Position numbers and translations under genes: made by a program
In this document: positions 48,453 to 57,116 of the stretch, one piece after another
How positions within the stretch are numbered: the stretch's first letter is position 1
How the letters are laid out: each line of letters starts with the position of its first letter
Notes under the pieces: generated by a model
Told to the model about the DNA's origin: nothing
What the model saw: the letters and a program-made list of their open reading frames with translations, nothing else
Databases searched by the model: none
Assembly (NCBI GenBank): GCA_040384725.1
Contig: JAZKIS010000011.1
Span: 1-59,213, forward strand
Direction: 5' to 3'
Origin: Patescibacteria group bacterium
Lineage (GTDB): Bacteria > Patescibacteriota > Minisyncoccia > Phycocordibacterales > Phycocordibacteraceae
Length of the DNA stretch: 59,213 nt

Positions 48453-50600
48453 TTATAGCTCGTCTTCGTCGCCGTCGTTCGATCCTCCGGCGTTACTCAA
48501 GACTTCACGGGGACGGGAGCCGTCTGCAGGACCAATCACACCCTTTTCTTCAAGAAGATCCATAAGGCGTGCGGCCCGGGAGTAGCCTATGCGGAGCTTC
48601 CTTTGGAGATAGGAGGTTGAGGCACGACCCGCTTCTTCCACTGCCTCGCGCGCTTGTCCGTAGAGGTCGTCGTCCACATCATCGTCCTCGCCCGCAAGCA
48701 TAATCGCGTCGTTCGCTTCGTGAACGCCTGTTCCACCGGTACCCGTGCCAAGATCGAGGCTCGAGAGGGAGCCAGCGTTGTGCTCCTTAAGGAAACTCAC
48801 CACCTTCTTCACCTCCTGCTCGCTGATGTAGGCGGTCTGGAGACGGACAGGCTTCTGCATGTCTGCAGACTGGTAGAGCATATCGCCGGCACCAAGAAGG
48901 AGCTCTGCACCTGAGGCGTCGAGAATAGTGCGTGAATCGATCTGGCTCGCTACCTGGAGCGCGAGTCGGGTAGGGACGTTCGCCTTGATGAGGCCCGTAA
49001 TGACGTTGACCGACGGACGCTGGGTCGAGAGGATGAGGTGGATACCGACGGCGCGCGACATCTGCGCGAGTCGGACGATAGCGCTCTCGAGTTCGCGCGG
49101 GTAGCTCTGCATGATATCCGCGAGCTCGTCGATAACGATAACGACGTACGGCATGGCTTCAGGAATCTCCTTCGCCTTACGCTTCTTCGCCGGCTCGACG
49201 ATAGTCGTGTGATATGACTCGACGTCGCGTACCTGCCGCTCCTCGAGGATGCCGTATCGTCGATCCATCTCCTTTGCGGCCCATTTGAGCGCGAAGATCG
49301 CTTTCTTAGGATCGGTGATAACCGGCGTCAGAAGGTGGGGGATACCGTTATAGAGGGTGAGCTCCACGCGCTTCGGATCGATCATGATGAACCGAAGCTG
49401 GTTCGGGCCATTCCTGAAGAGGAGGGAAGTGATAACCGCGTGGATGGCAACCGACTTTCCGGAGCCGGTGGCACCCGCGATGAGACCGTGCGGCATCTTT
49501 GCGACGTTCACGTAATGAGGCGTACCAGTGATATCGCGGCCAACAGCGGCAAGAAGCGGCTTCTTCGATGCCGACCACTCGGGTGCGCCGATTACGCCGC
49601 CAAGACCAACCATAGCTTTCGATGCGTTAGGGACCTCGATACCTACGAGGGACTTTCCTGGAATCGGAGCTTCGATACGGACCGGATGCGCGGCGAGGGC
49701 GAGCTCAAGGTTCGTCTGGAGCCCGACGATCTTCTGGAGGCGAACACCTTCCGCCGGCTTGATCGCGTAACGGGTAACGGTAGGACCGACCGACACCTCG
49801 TCCATCTCGACCGAGATACCGAAGTTCTGGAACGTACGCTTAATGATGTTCGCGTTCGCCTTGATGTCTCCAACACCCGGCTTGCCCTTGTCTTCCCCGA
49901 GAAGGGAGAGGGGAGGAGCCTCGTACTCAGCATCGAAGTTAGGGATAGACGGGTCCGTGCTCACACTCGATGCTTGATTGAACATGGTTACGGTAGGTTC
50001 CTTTTCCGGAACTTCTTCGTCTTCGGCGGCAGGTTCTTCGGCTTCTTCTTCGACCTCTTCTTCCACGCCAGCATCCTTCTTCTGAGAGAGCTGCGGAAGT
50101 TTCACCGAGGATATCTTCTCGCTTGCGGTATCGGCTGCCTCCTTTAATACGCGCAGGAGCGCAACGACGTCGGTTGCGATGATAAGTCCAATCGCAATGA
50201 TCGCGAGCAGGATGATGATTGCTCCGGCGACACCGAAGAGTTCTGCTGCAGCCTGTCCGAGAGATGTTCCTGCAGCGCCTCCGAGTGCATCGGTGATGAT
50301 GCCGAGGAAGGTAAGAGTGGCGATGATGATGAGTACGATGCCGGTTGCGGTGAGAGGTGCAAGGAAGGATCGCTCAAGCATGATGGAAAGCCCTACACCT
50401 ATAAGGAGTACCGGTAACAAGAATGCTGCGACCCCAATCACGCTGAATCCGAAACCAAAAATTGCGGTCCCTGCGAGGCCGGCTAGGCCAAGGCAGGCGA
50501 GCGCGAAGATGAGTCCAAAGGCGATGAGTACGATGCCCGTCGTCCACTTGGCGAGAGCTTTATAGTTGTCCGCATCGCGGCGCTTCCGGCGCTTTTTCAT
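48453..50600 (-). CDS. ftsK: DNA translocase FtsK/SpoIIIE
   Basis: N-terminal TMs, RIEAPIPGK, AGATGSGKS, IDELAD, TQRPS, gamma domain LQRKLRIGYSRAARL. Confidence 0.97.
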   Translation of the reverse strand: MKKRRKRRDADNYKALAKWTTGIVLIAFGLIFALACLGLAGLAGTAIFGFGFSVIGVAAFLLPVLLIGVGLSIMLERSFLAPLTATGIVLIIIATLTFLGIITDALGGAAGTSLGQAAAELFGVAGAIIILLAIIAIGLIIATDVVALLRVLKEAADTASEKISSVKLPQLSQKKDAGVEEEVEEEAEEPAAEDEEVPEKEPTVTMFNQASSVSTDPSIPNFDAEYEAPPLSLLGEDKGKPGVGDIKANANIIKRTFQNFGISVEMDEVSVGPTVTRYAIKPAEGVRLQKIVGLQTNLELALAAHPVRIEAPIPGKSLVGIEVPNASKAMVGLGGVIGAPEWSASKKPLLAAVGRDITGTPHYVNVAKMPHGLIAGATGSGKSVAIHAVITSLLFRNGPNQLRFIMIDPKRVELTLYNGIPHLLTPVITDPKKAIFALKWAAKEMDRRYGILEERQVRDVESYHTTIVEPAKKRKAKEIPEAMPYVVIVIDELADIMQSYPRELESAIVRLAQMSRAVGIHLILSTQRPSVNVITGLIKANVPTRLALQVASQIDSRTILDASGAELLLGAGDMLYQSADMQKPVRLQTAYISEQEVKKVVSFLKEHNAGSLSSLDLGTGTGGTGVHEANDAIMLAGEDDDVDDDLYGQAREAVEEAGRASTSYLQRKLRIGYSRAARLMDLLEEKGVIGPADGSRPREVLSNAGGSNDGDEDEL

Positions 50601-50656
50601 ATACGTATTCTAGCATCGCGCTCGATTCGATGCGTGCCGGAAAGCCTTTCGTTTGC

Positions 50657-51428
50657 TTGTCCGATAACGTTGTTGCGATGATGTCTTATGGGACATATAC
50701 TGACCTTGACGCAATAAAGGACACTATGAGCGATAAAGGACAGAACAGGGATTCGCATGCGATGAAGGCATACAAAAATAATGCCGATCTTACTAATTTT
50801 GTCCTTGATAAAGCGATATTTTCAGGAGTATTTGAAAAGGACATTCGCCGCGTGTACCTCTACAAGAAAGCTGAGCGACTTGCGAAAGCGATCCATCTGA
50901 TTAGCCCCGCCTTCCTGGAGTCGCCGGCGTTGAAAGATCGAATGGAGCGTATCGCACTCGGTCTCGTCGATGCATCTGTCCTTCCTCCCGTGGCTTCCCG
51001 CGAAGCACTCTCACGAGAATTGCTCGCTCTCTCAAGTATTCTTTCAATCGCGCGTACTGGTGGCATGTTGTCATCGATGAACGCAGAACTCATTGTACGA
51101 GAAGCCCATCTCCTACTTTCTGAGATTGTGGGCTACGAAGAACCACGTCTCGTGCTCGATGAGATTCCATCGCTCGCATCGCTCGCGAAGGCTTCTGCCG
51201 TGAGCGAATCACGTGAGCGGAATGGTCTGCGATCGGTCGCACGCGTCACCTACGACCCGGCCCTTGATGTGCACGATATTGTAGAGGATAAAGGACAGTC
51301 TAAAGGACAAGTAAAGGACATATCCAGGTCAGCTGCATCTATGGGTGAAAAGGGGAGTAATAACATGGAGCGTCGCGAGAGCATCCTTGCCGTGCTGCGT
51401 TCGAAGGGCCCTTCCTATATAAAGGATA
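50657..51428. repeat. Dispersed TAAAGGACA DNA repeats
   Basis: Exact copies at 50715, 50734, 51289, 51301, 51312; variants at 50687, 50835, 51420 (+) and about 50658, 50800, 50977 (-). Confidence 0.85.
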
Positions 51429-51550
51429 TCTCCATGATCGTGCGGGACGTAAGCGAGAAGACCATACAGCGCGAGCTTTCTGCTCTCGTCGCTGAAGGGC
51501 TCGTGAATAGGAAAGGGGATCGTCGCTGGACTACCTACGAGGTCGCTTAA
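50726..51550 (+). CDS. Putative DNA-binding protein: N-terminal helical bundle + C-terminal DeoR-like winged HTH
   Basis: C-terminal RRESILAVLRSKGPSYIKDI...VSEKTIQRELSALVAEGLVNRKGDRRWTTY. Confidence 0.8.
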   Translation: MSDKGQNRDSHAMKAYKNNADLTNFVLDKAIFSGVFEKDIRRVYLYKKAERLAKAIHLISPAFLESPALKDRMERIALGLVDASVLPPVASREALSRELLALSSILSIARTGGMLSSMNAELIVREAHLLLSEIVGYEEPRLVLDEIPSLASLAKASAVSESRERNGLRSVARVTYDPALDVHDIVEDKGQSKGQVKDISRSAASMGEKGSNNMERRESILAVLRSKGPSYIKDISMIVRDVSEKTIQRELSALVAEGLVNRKGDRRWTTYEVA

Positions 51551-51676
51551 ATCCACGTGAAGGCTTCATTGACGAAAGCCTCAAATAAGCTTATTATACT
51601 GAGCGTGGTAACCGCTGGGAGCCAGACGTTCTAAAAGGCCGGAAACGGCCTGTTTTGCGTTTAGCTGAAAACACGG

Positions 51677-51685
51677 TTATCCACA
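51677..51685 (+). promoter_or_regulatory. Consensus DnaA box
   Basis: TTATCCACA, upstream of the TATACT -10 at 51719. Confidence 0.5.
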
Positions 51686-51730
51686 TCACTTTCACAGGGT
51701 CTACAGCAAGTATCTCTGTATACTAGGTAT

Positions 51731-52118
51731 ACGCCCGCGCGTCCGGAATCGTTCTGGTGCGCGGGATTCTGAAACGGCTGATACGACCCTGGAAGAAGGG
51801 ATCCTTGATAAAGGAATAGTGAACCAAAGTCCTGCGGTGTAAGAACCAGCAGGCACGCCCGTCTTCATGAACAGACGGGCGCCTGAAACGGATGCTTTTG
51901 ATAGAACATGGATGAACGAAAGAATGACTGATCATTCGCCAACTAGCCGATGGGACGCTCGTCGATAGTGCGCCCTGTCGGATAGTGTGAACCGTTCGAA
52001 AACTCACTCCCTTCCTCTCGGGGAGGGGAGGAGATTACAAAGAGAGATAAAAGGTGCGTACGCGATACGAATTATTACTAGCCGTAGCGCGCACGTACTT
52101 CAACTACTTACAAAAAAC
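51731..52118 (+). ncRNA. Long, highly structured 5' leader or candidate ncRNA
   Basis: TATACT at 51719-24, then at least eight hairpins before ATG 52119. Confidence 0.55.
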
Positions 52119-53966
52119 ATGATTGCAACTAGCAACACAATGACCGCGAAGATTTTCGCAGCTCTTGCTGTCGCAGGACTCGTTGTATCGTCGGTTGCCG
52201 CATTTGCTCCAACAGCAGGTGCTCAGACTACGACTACTACGACCACCACGACTTCAGCATCGGTTACGTTCTCTCGTGATCTTACAATCGGTTCTACAGG
52301 TGCAGACGTTACTGCGCTTCAGAACTGGCTCATCAGCAAGGGTCACGCTATCGCAGCTGGCGCAACCGGATACTTCGGTGCACAGACGCAGGCGGCTCTC
52401 GCTGCTTACCAGGCAGCAAACGGAATTTCTCCAGCAGCTGGTTACTTCGGCCCGATCACTCGCGCTAAGGTAAACGCTGGTGGTTCTACTTCCGGCGGCA
52501 CTGGCACAGGTACTGGCACCGGTTCTACTGGTGGCGACCTTTCCGGTGGCGAGGCAAACCTCTCCGACTTCGACTTCATCGCAGAAGATTCTTCTGGCGA
52601 CGAGGGTGAGGAGGGTGTAGAGATCGCAACTGCAGAGTTCGATGTTGAGGACGCTGACGCTCGTGTTGAGCGCGTTGAGCTCACCTTCGATGCTGCATCT
52701 TCGACTCTCGACCAGAAGCCTTGGCAGTACTTCGACACCATCTATGTTTGGGCTGATGGTGACGAGATCGCTGACATCGACGCATCTGACCGTGACGAGT
52801 GGGATGAGACCACCGACGACGTTTACGTTATTTCCATCTCTGGACTTGACTACGACGTTAGCGAGGGCGACATGGCATCTCTCACGTTCTCTGCAGACAT
52901 CGCAGGTTCCATCGATGAGTCTGACCAGGATCAGTCCTTCGATGTATACGTCGATGACGAGGGTATCCGCGCTGTAGACGGCGATGGTATCCAGCAGTAC
53001 ATCGGTGACGATGAGGATGAGATCGACTTCGACTTCGGTGCTCAGGACAACGGTGATCTTCAGGTCAAGTCTTCTAGCGAGGACCCTGACTCTACGATCC
53101 TCGTTGCTGATGAGAACGACGAGTCTGAGGACTACACTGCATTCGTATTCGACATCGAGAACGATGGCGATGCAGATGCATTGATCACTGACATTACTCT
53201 CCGCACCGCGACAACTTCGGCTACCCTCACGAACATGGTTCGTACGGCTACCCTCGTTGTTGATGGCGATGAGTACGATGGTGATATCAACTTCAGCACT
53301 GGCGCTATCGAGTTCGAGGACATTGACCTCGAGATCGCTGGTGACGATGAGGTAGCGTTCGAGCTCATGGTCTCCCTCAAGGAAGACGCATCGACTGGTA
53401 CGGTTACCTTCTCGGTTGCTAACGCAGACGTAGATGCAGAAGGTGTTGACTCTGGTGATGACACCACAGTTACCGGTTCCGCTACAGGTAGTGCACACAC
53501 CGTTGCTCTTACGGGCATCGCTGTTGAGGCAGTATCGACGAGCGAGACCGTTGTCACCCCTGGTGATAGCTCCGCAAACACCTACGCAACCTACACCATC
53601 AAGTTCGACGTAACGGCTCTCTCTGACGATGCTTACATCGCATCTACGACTGACGCTACAGCGGCTGGATTCGAGGGTGTAACCTACACTGTCTACCAGG
53701 ACGGCGCGGCAACCACTACCTTCGCAGGTAGCGCGGTTCTCAGCTCGACTGCAGACACGTCATCCGGCTTCTTCGTAGTCGATGAGGGCGACACTGAGAC
53801 ATTCACTCTCACGGTCACTCTCAACCCTACGGCTGCTGGTACGTACGAGGTTGATCTATCAACGATCAGCTTCAACGATGAGGTCGCTTACTCGGGCGAG
53901 ACGGTCTTCACGATCGACACGAACGACGACGACTTCAAGACGAACCCAACATACATCGCTAACTAA
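52119..53966 (+). CDS. S-layer-like surface protein: signal peptide, peptidoglycan-binding domain, very acidic beta-rich body
   Basis: RDLTIGSTGADVTALQ..GYFGAQTQAALAAYQAANGI..GYFGPITRA; Thr and Gly/Thr linkers; codon choice like the ribosomal-protein genes; alternative start 52140. Confidence 0.8.
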   Translation: MIATSNTMTAKIFAALAVAGLVVSSVAAFAPTAGAQTTTTTTTTTSASVTFSRDLTIGSTGADVTALQNWLISKGHAIAAGATGYFGAQTQAALAAYQAANGISPAAGYFGPITRAKVNAGGSTSGGTGTGTGTGSTGGDLSGGEANLSDFDFIAEDSSGDEGEEGVEIATAEFDVEDADARVERVELTFDAASSTLDQKPWQYFDTIYVWADGDEIADIDASDRDEWDETTDDVYVISISGLDYDVSEGDMASLTFSADIAGSIDESDQDQSFDVYVDDEGIRAVDGDGIQQYIGDDEDEIDFDFGAQDNGDLQVKSSSEDPDSTILVADENDESEDYTAFVFDIENDGDADALITDITLRTATTSATLTNMVRTATLVVDGDEYDGDINFSTGAIEFEDIDLEIAGDDEVAFELMVSLKEDASTGTVTFSVANADVDAEGVDSGDDTTVTGSATGSAHTVALTGIAVEAVSTSETVVTPGDSSANTYATYTIKFDVTALSDDAYIASTTDATAAGFEGVTYTVYQDGAATTTFAGSAVLSSTADTSSGFFVVDEGDTETFTLTVTLNPTAAGTYEVDLSTISFNDEVAYSGETVFTIDTNDDDFKTNPTYIAN

Positions 53967-54148
53967 TAGCCTTTCGAGATACGTCTCGATAGCTACTAGG
54001 GAAGATGTAGTCTAGGGAAACCTAGGAAAGCAAAACCCCCGCATACGTGCGGGGGTTTTGCTATTTGTCTGTTGATAACACGCGTCCCTTCGATTAAAGC
54101 GAGTATGCTTGCAGTAAGGGCAATTATTCTCGTACCTAACCCATTACC

Positions 54149-55654
54149 ATGAAAAGACTATCAACCACGAACGCGTGGATGGCGCCTATCGCCATTCTTG
54201 CGATCACCGTAATGCTTCCAGGTCAGGTCCTCGCCGCTTCACTTGCGGCAACCGAAACCGTTGCGAACGTTGCGGTAGCATCCGTTCCCGCCATCACCAC
54301 CGCAGGCGGGGCAGCGGCCGTTAGCGCAACGTCAACCATCACGTTCCCGGCAAAGGCGAGTATCGTAAACAACGATTACTTCATCCTTACCGACGCGGCA
54401 ACTGCAGGAGATGCCGTTTGTTTCTACTTCGATATTAACAATTCGCTTGCAAGCGATGCGGCAACCGCTGCCGCTTGTCAGGCCGCAGACGGAGTAGCGG
54501 GCGGTGTGGAGCTTGCCGTCAGCGCAGCAACGGACGCAGCGAGCGTCGCACTTATCGCTCACACAGCGATCAATGCCCAGTTGGGAACCTTGCTCGTTAC
54601 TTCAACGAACAATCTTGACGGAAGCCTTTTGCTTACTCATGACACCGCAGGTACTGCAGGCAACATTGCCCTCAATGCCGCGTACATGACTGAAGCAATC
54701 GCTACGGGCGGCGCGCTTACCGCGCTCACGGGCGGTGCAGCAGCGACAGCCGCATCCGTAACCATCGCCATCACAGGCGCATTGGTTGCAGCAGCAGCTG
54801 ATCAGACCGTTAACATCGATGCGCTTGGCGACATCGCACTTGGTGCGGTTGCGCAAACTGCTGCAGAAGTTGCAGCAACCATCCGCGCAGGACTTACCGG
54901 TGCAGCTGGGTACGCCGCAAAGGATTACGGCGTAACGGGCGCAGGAGCAAACATCATCTTCACACGGGAATCTACCGGAACTGCTGGAAACGCAGCTATC
55001 ACCATTACGGACGGTAGTTACAGCAGCAAGGCACAGGTCGTCGTGTTCACGCCCTCTGATGTCGATGGGGATGATTCGTACAGCGTTACCATAGATGGTA
55101 CTGAGTACGTTCAGAACCGTGGCGCAGATAACGTAAGAGAAGTGGTTGACCGCCTAGCTGAGCTTATGGCTTCCGACACGGTAGTGAGCTGTTCTGAGGA
55201 CGACACCGCCCTTACGTGTACTGCGCGTACTGCTGGCACTGCATTCACGTACAGTTCTGGCGTCACAAAGATCAGCCAGTCCTCGAGTGGTAGTGGTAGC
55301 GGAGGTGGGGGAGGAGGCAGTTCTCGTCGCGAAACTGCGAGATCAAACGCTTCCGCCACGGTAGCAAGCACGCCAGCAGCAACGAATGCGGCATCCACTG
55401 CGTCAGCGAGCATATTCGCTCGAGACTTGACGGTAGGTGCTACTGGAGAAGACATCCGTTCTCTCCAGGTGTATCTGAATGCGAAGGGCTTCACGGTCTC
55501 GGCATCAGGTGCTGGTTCCGCTGGTAGCGAGACCACGATGTTCGGCGGTCTTACTCGCGCGGCACTCGCGAAGTTCCAGGCAGCACACGGCATCATGCCG
55601 AGCGTTGGCTACTTCGGTCCGAAGACGCGTGCGTACGTAGCCGCGAACCCGTAG
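54149..55654 (+). CDS. Ala/Thr-rich secreted protein with a C-terminal peptidoglycan-binding domain
   Basis: Signal peptide; Ser/Gly linker; RDLTVGATGEDIRSLQ...FGGLTRAALAKFQ..GYFGPKTRA. Confidence 0.8.
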   Translation: MKRLSTTNAWMAPIAILAITVMLPGQVLAASLAATETVANVAVASVPAITTAGGAAAVSATSTITFPAKASIVNNDYFILTDAATAGDAVCFYFDINNSLASDAATAAACQAADGVAGGVELAVSAATDAASVALIAHTAINAQLGTLLVTSTNNLDGSLLLTHDTAGTAGNIALNAAYMTEAIATGGALTALTGGAAATAASVTIAITGALVAAAADQTVNIDALGDIALGAVAQTAAEVAATIRAGLTGAAGYAAKDYGVTGAGANIIFTRESTGTAGNAAITITDGSYSSKAQVVVFTPSDVDGDDSYSVTIDGTEYVQNRGADNVREVVDRLAELMASDTVVSCSEDDTALTCTARTAGTAFTYSSGVTKISQSSSGSGSGGGGGGSSRRETARSNASATVASTPAATNAASTASASIFARDLTVGATGEDIRSLQVYLNAKGFTVSASGAGSAGSETTMFGGLTRAALAKFQAAHGIMPSVGYFGPKTRAYVAANP

Positions 55655-55722
55655 TTTCAAGAGAATCGATAGCACGAAGCCCCGCGAGAGCGGGGCTTCG
55701 TGCTATCCTCTTCGTAACGTCT

Positions 55723-55818
55723 ATGGAGTACTTCTACCACTTCCTGAAGTTCCTCGCGGTCTTCGCCATGATCATCGGCCTCTCACTCTTCGGGATGCAG
55801 TTCGTAGGGACCGCCTAA
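55723..55818 (+). CDS. Small single-TM protein (31 aa), not in the ORF track
   Basis: MEYFYHFLKFLAVFAMIIGLSLFGMQFVGTA*; TGcTATCCT extended -10 upstream. Confidence 0.5.
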   Translation: MEYFYHFLKFLAVFAMIIGLSLFGMQFVGTA

Positions 55819-55857
55819 GTTGCCCAAAACAGGGAGCCAGGGTAGAGTACCGGGGTA

Positions 55858-56006
55858 CGGACCGAAGACAGCAGGCACTTCATAAGCCCTGCCGAGGAAC
55901 GAAAGGGGATCGCCATTATTCTAATTGGCGCGAACCGGTCGAATCTCTCCTCACAACGGTCCCTTTAGGGGACTGTTGTCCGTTTCGTACGAACCAAACA
56001 CACAGC
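55858..56006 (+). promoter_or_regulatory. Ribosomal protein L10 leader
   Basis: CCGAAGACAGCAGG...CCTGCCGAGG core (55862-55897) upstream of rplJ matches the L10-leader pattern. Confidence 0.7.
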
Positions 56007-56501
56007 ATGGCAATCACCAAAGCAAAGAAGCAGGAAGTCATCGAGAAGATCGCTGAGTCCGTAAAGGACGCGGCATCGGTCGTCTTCGTGCACTTCAAGG
56101 GCCTCTCGGTAGGGGACACGAGCGCTATGCGCAAGAGTCTTCGCGAGGGCGGGGTCGGCTACTACGTGGCCAAGAAGACCCTCATCCGCAAGGCGCTTTC
56201 CGACAAGGGATACCAGGGAGAGATTCCTGAGCTCCCGGGCGAGGTAGCGATCGCGTGGAGCCGCGAGGACGCGACACAGGCGGCTCGAGATATCTTCGAG
56301 CATGGCAAGAAGCATAAGGGAGCGCTCTCTATCTTGGGCGGTATCTTCGACGGGAAATTCACGGACGCGGTTGGCATGAACGCCATCGCGACCATCCCTC
56401 CGGTACCAGTACTCCGTGGCATGTTCGTCAACGTGATCAACAGCCCTATCCAGGGTCTCGTTATCGCGCTCGACAAGATCGCCGAGAAGAAGGCAGCGTA
56501 A
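56007..56501 (+). CDS. rplJ: 50S ribosomal protein L10
   Basis: KAKKQE, FKGLSV, VAKKTL, GGIFDG, IATIP. Confidence 0.95.
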   Translation: MAITKAKKQEVIEKIAESVKDAASVVFVHFKGLSVGDTSAMRKSLREGGVGYYVAKKTLIRKALSDKGYQGEIPELPGEVAIAWSREDATQAARDIFEHGKKHKGALSILGGIFDGKFTDAVGMNAIATIPPVPVLRGMFVNVINSPIQGLVIALDKIAEKKAA

Positions 56502-56531
56502 GCATTAGACTAAAACCTAACCGTAGTATTT

Positions 56532-57011
56532 ATGGCTGAAGACGATGTAAAGCAGGAGGAGACCGTAGAAGAAACGGCTCCTGCAGTAGAGGAGGCGGCA
56601 GCCCCAGCTCCCGTAGCTGAGGAGGCTTCCGTAGAGGTTCCTGAGAAGTTCAAGAAGATCGTCGCCTCAATCGAGGAGATGTCCGTTCTTGAGCTCTCTG
56701 AGCTCGTGAAGGTATTCGAGAAGAAGTTCGGCGTATCGGCTTCCGCAGTTGCGGTCGCGGGTCCTGCGGCAGGAGGCGCAGCTGGCGGCGAGGATGCGAA
56801 GAGCACCTTCACTGTCGAGCTCTCTGACGCTGGCGCAAACAAGATCCAGGTTATCAAGGCCGTGAAGGAGATTCTCGGACTTGGTCTCAAGGAGGCAAAG
56901 GACCTCGTTGACGGTGCTCCTTCCGTCGTGAAGGAGAACGTCGGCAAGGACGATGCAGACGCCCTCAAGGCGAAGATCGAGGAAGCAGGAGGCAAGGTTA
57001 CCCTCAAGTAA
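56532..57011 (+). CDS. rplL: 50S ribosomal protein L7/L12 with an acidic N-terminal extension
   Basis: [43 protein letters not shown]. Confidence 0.97.
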   Translation: MAEDDVKQEETVEETAPAVEEAAAPAPVAEEASVEVPEKFKKIVASIEEMSVLELSELVKVFEKKFGVSASAVAVAGPAAGGAAGGEDAKSTFTVELSDAGANKIQVIKAVKEILGLGLKEAKDLVDGAPSVVKENVGKDDADALKAKIEEAGGKVTLK

Positions 57012-57116
57012 CACCCCCTTGTTCCTAGGGAAAAGCACCCGTTTCGCGGGTGCTTTTCTCGTTATCCGTCAAGGTTGCGCCTTCCCTAGAAGAATAGGTA
57101 CAATGCCGCAACAACC

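Noticed and set aside
50726-51150. Diversity-generating retroelement suggested by the Avd-like helical bundle
   Set aside because: No reverse transcriptase and no TR/VR repeat pair seen in the window.
51289-51320. CRISPR array
   Set aside because: The repeats are 9 bp with 2-3 bp gaps; there are no spacers or cas genes.
51560-51730. Replication origin
   Set aside because: Only one perfect DnaA box, no clear AT-rich unwinding element, and no dnaA/dnaN in the window.
51731-52118. RNase P RNA, tmRNA or hammerhead ribozyme
   Set aside because: AAAGTCC is present but without the GAGGAAAGUCC context or the 3' P4 partner; there are no tRNA-like ends and no CUGANGA/GAAA core with a proper stem II.
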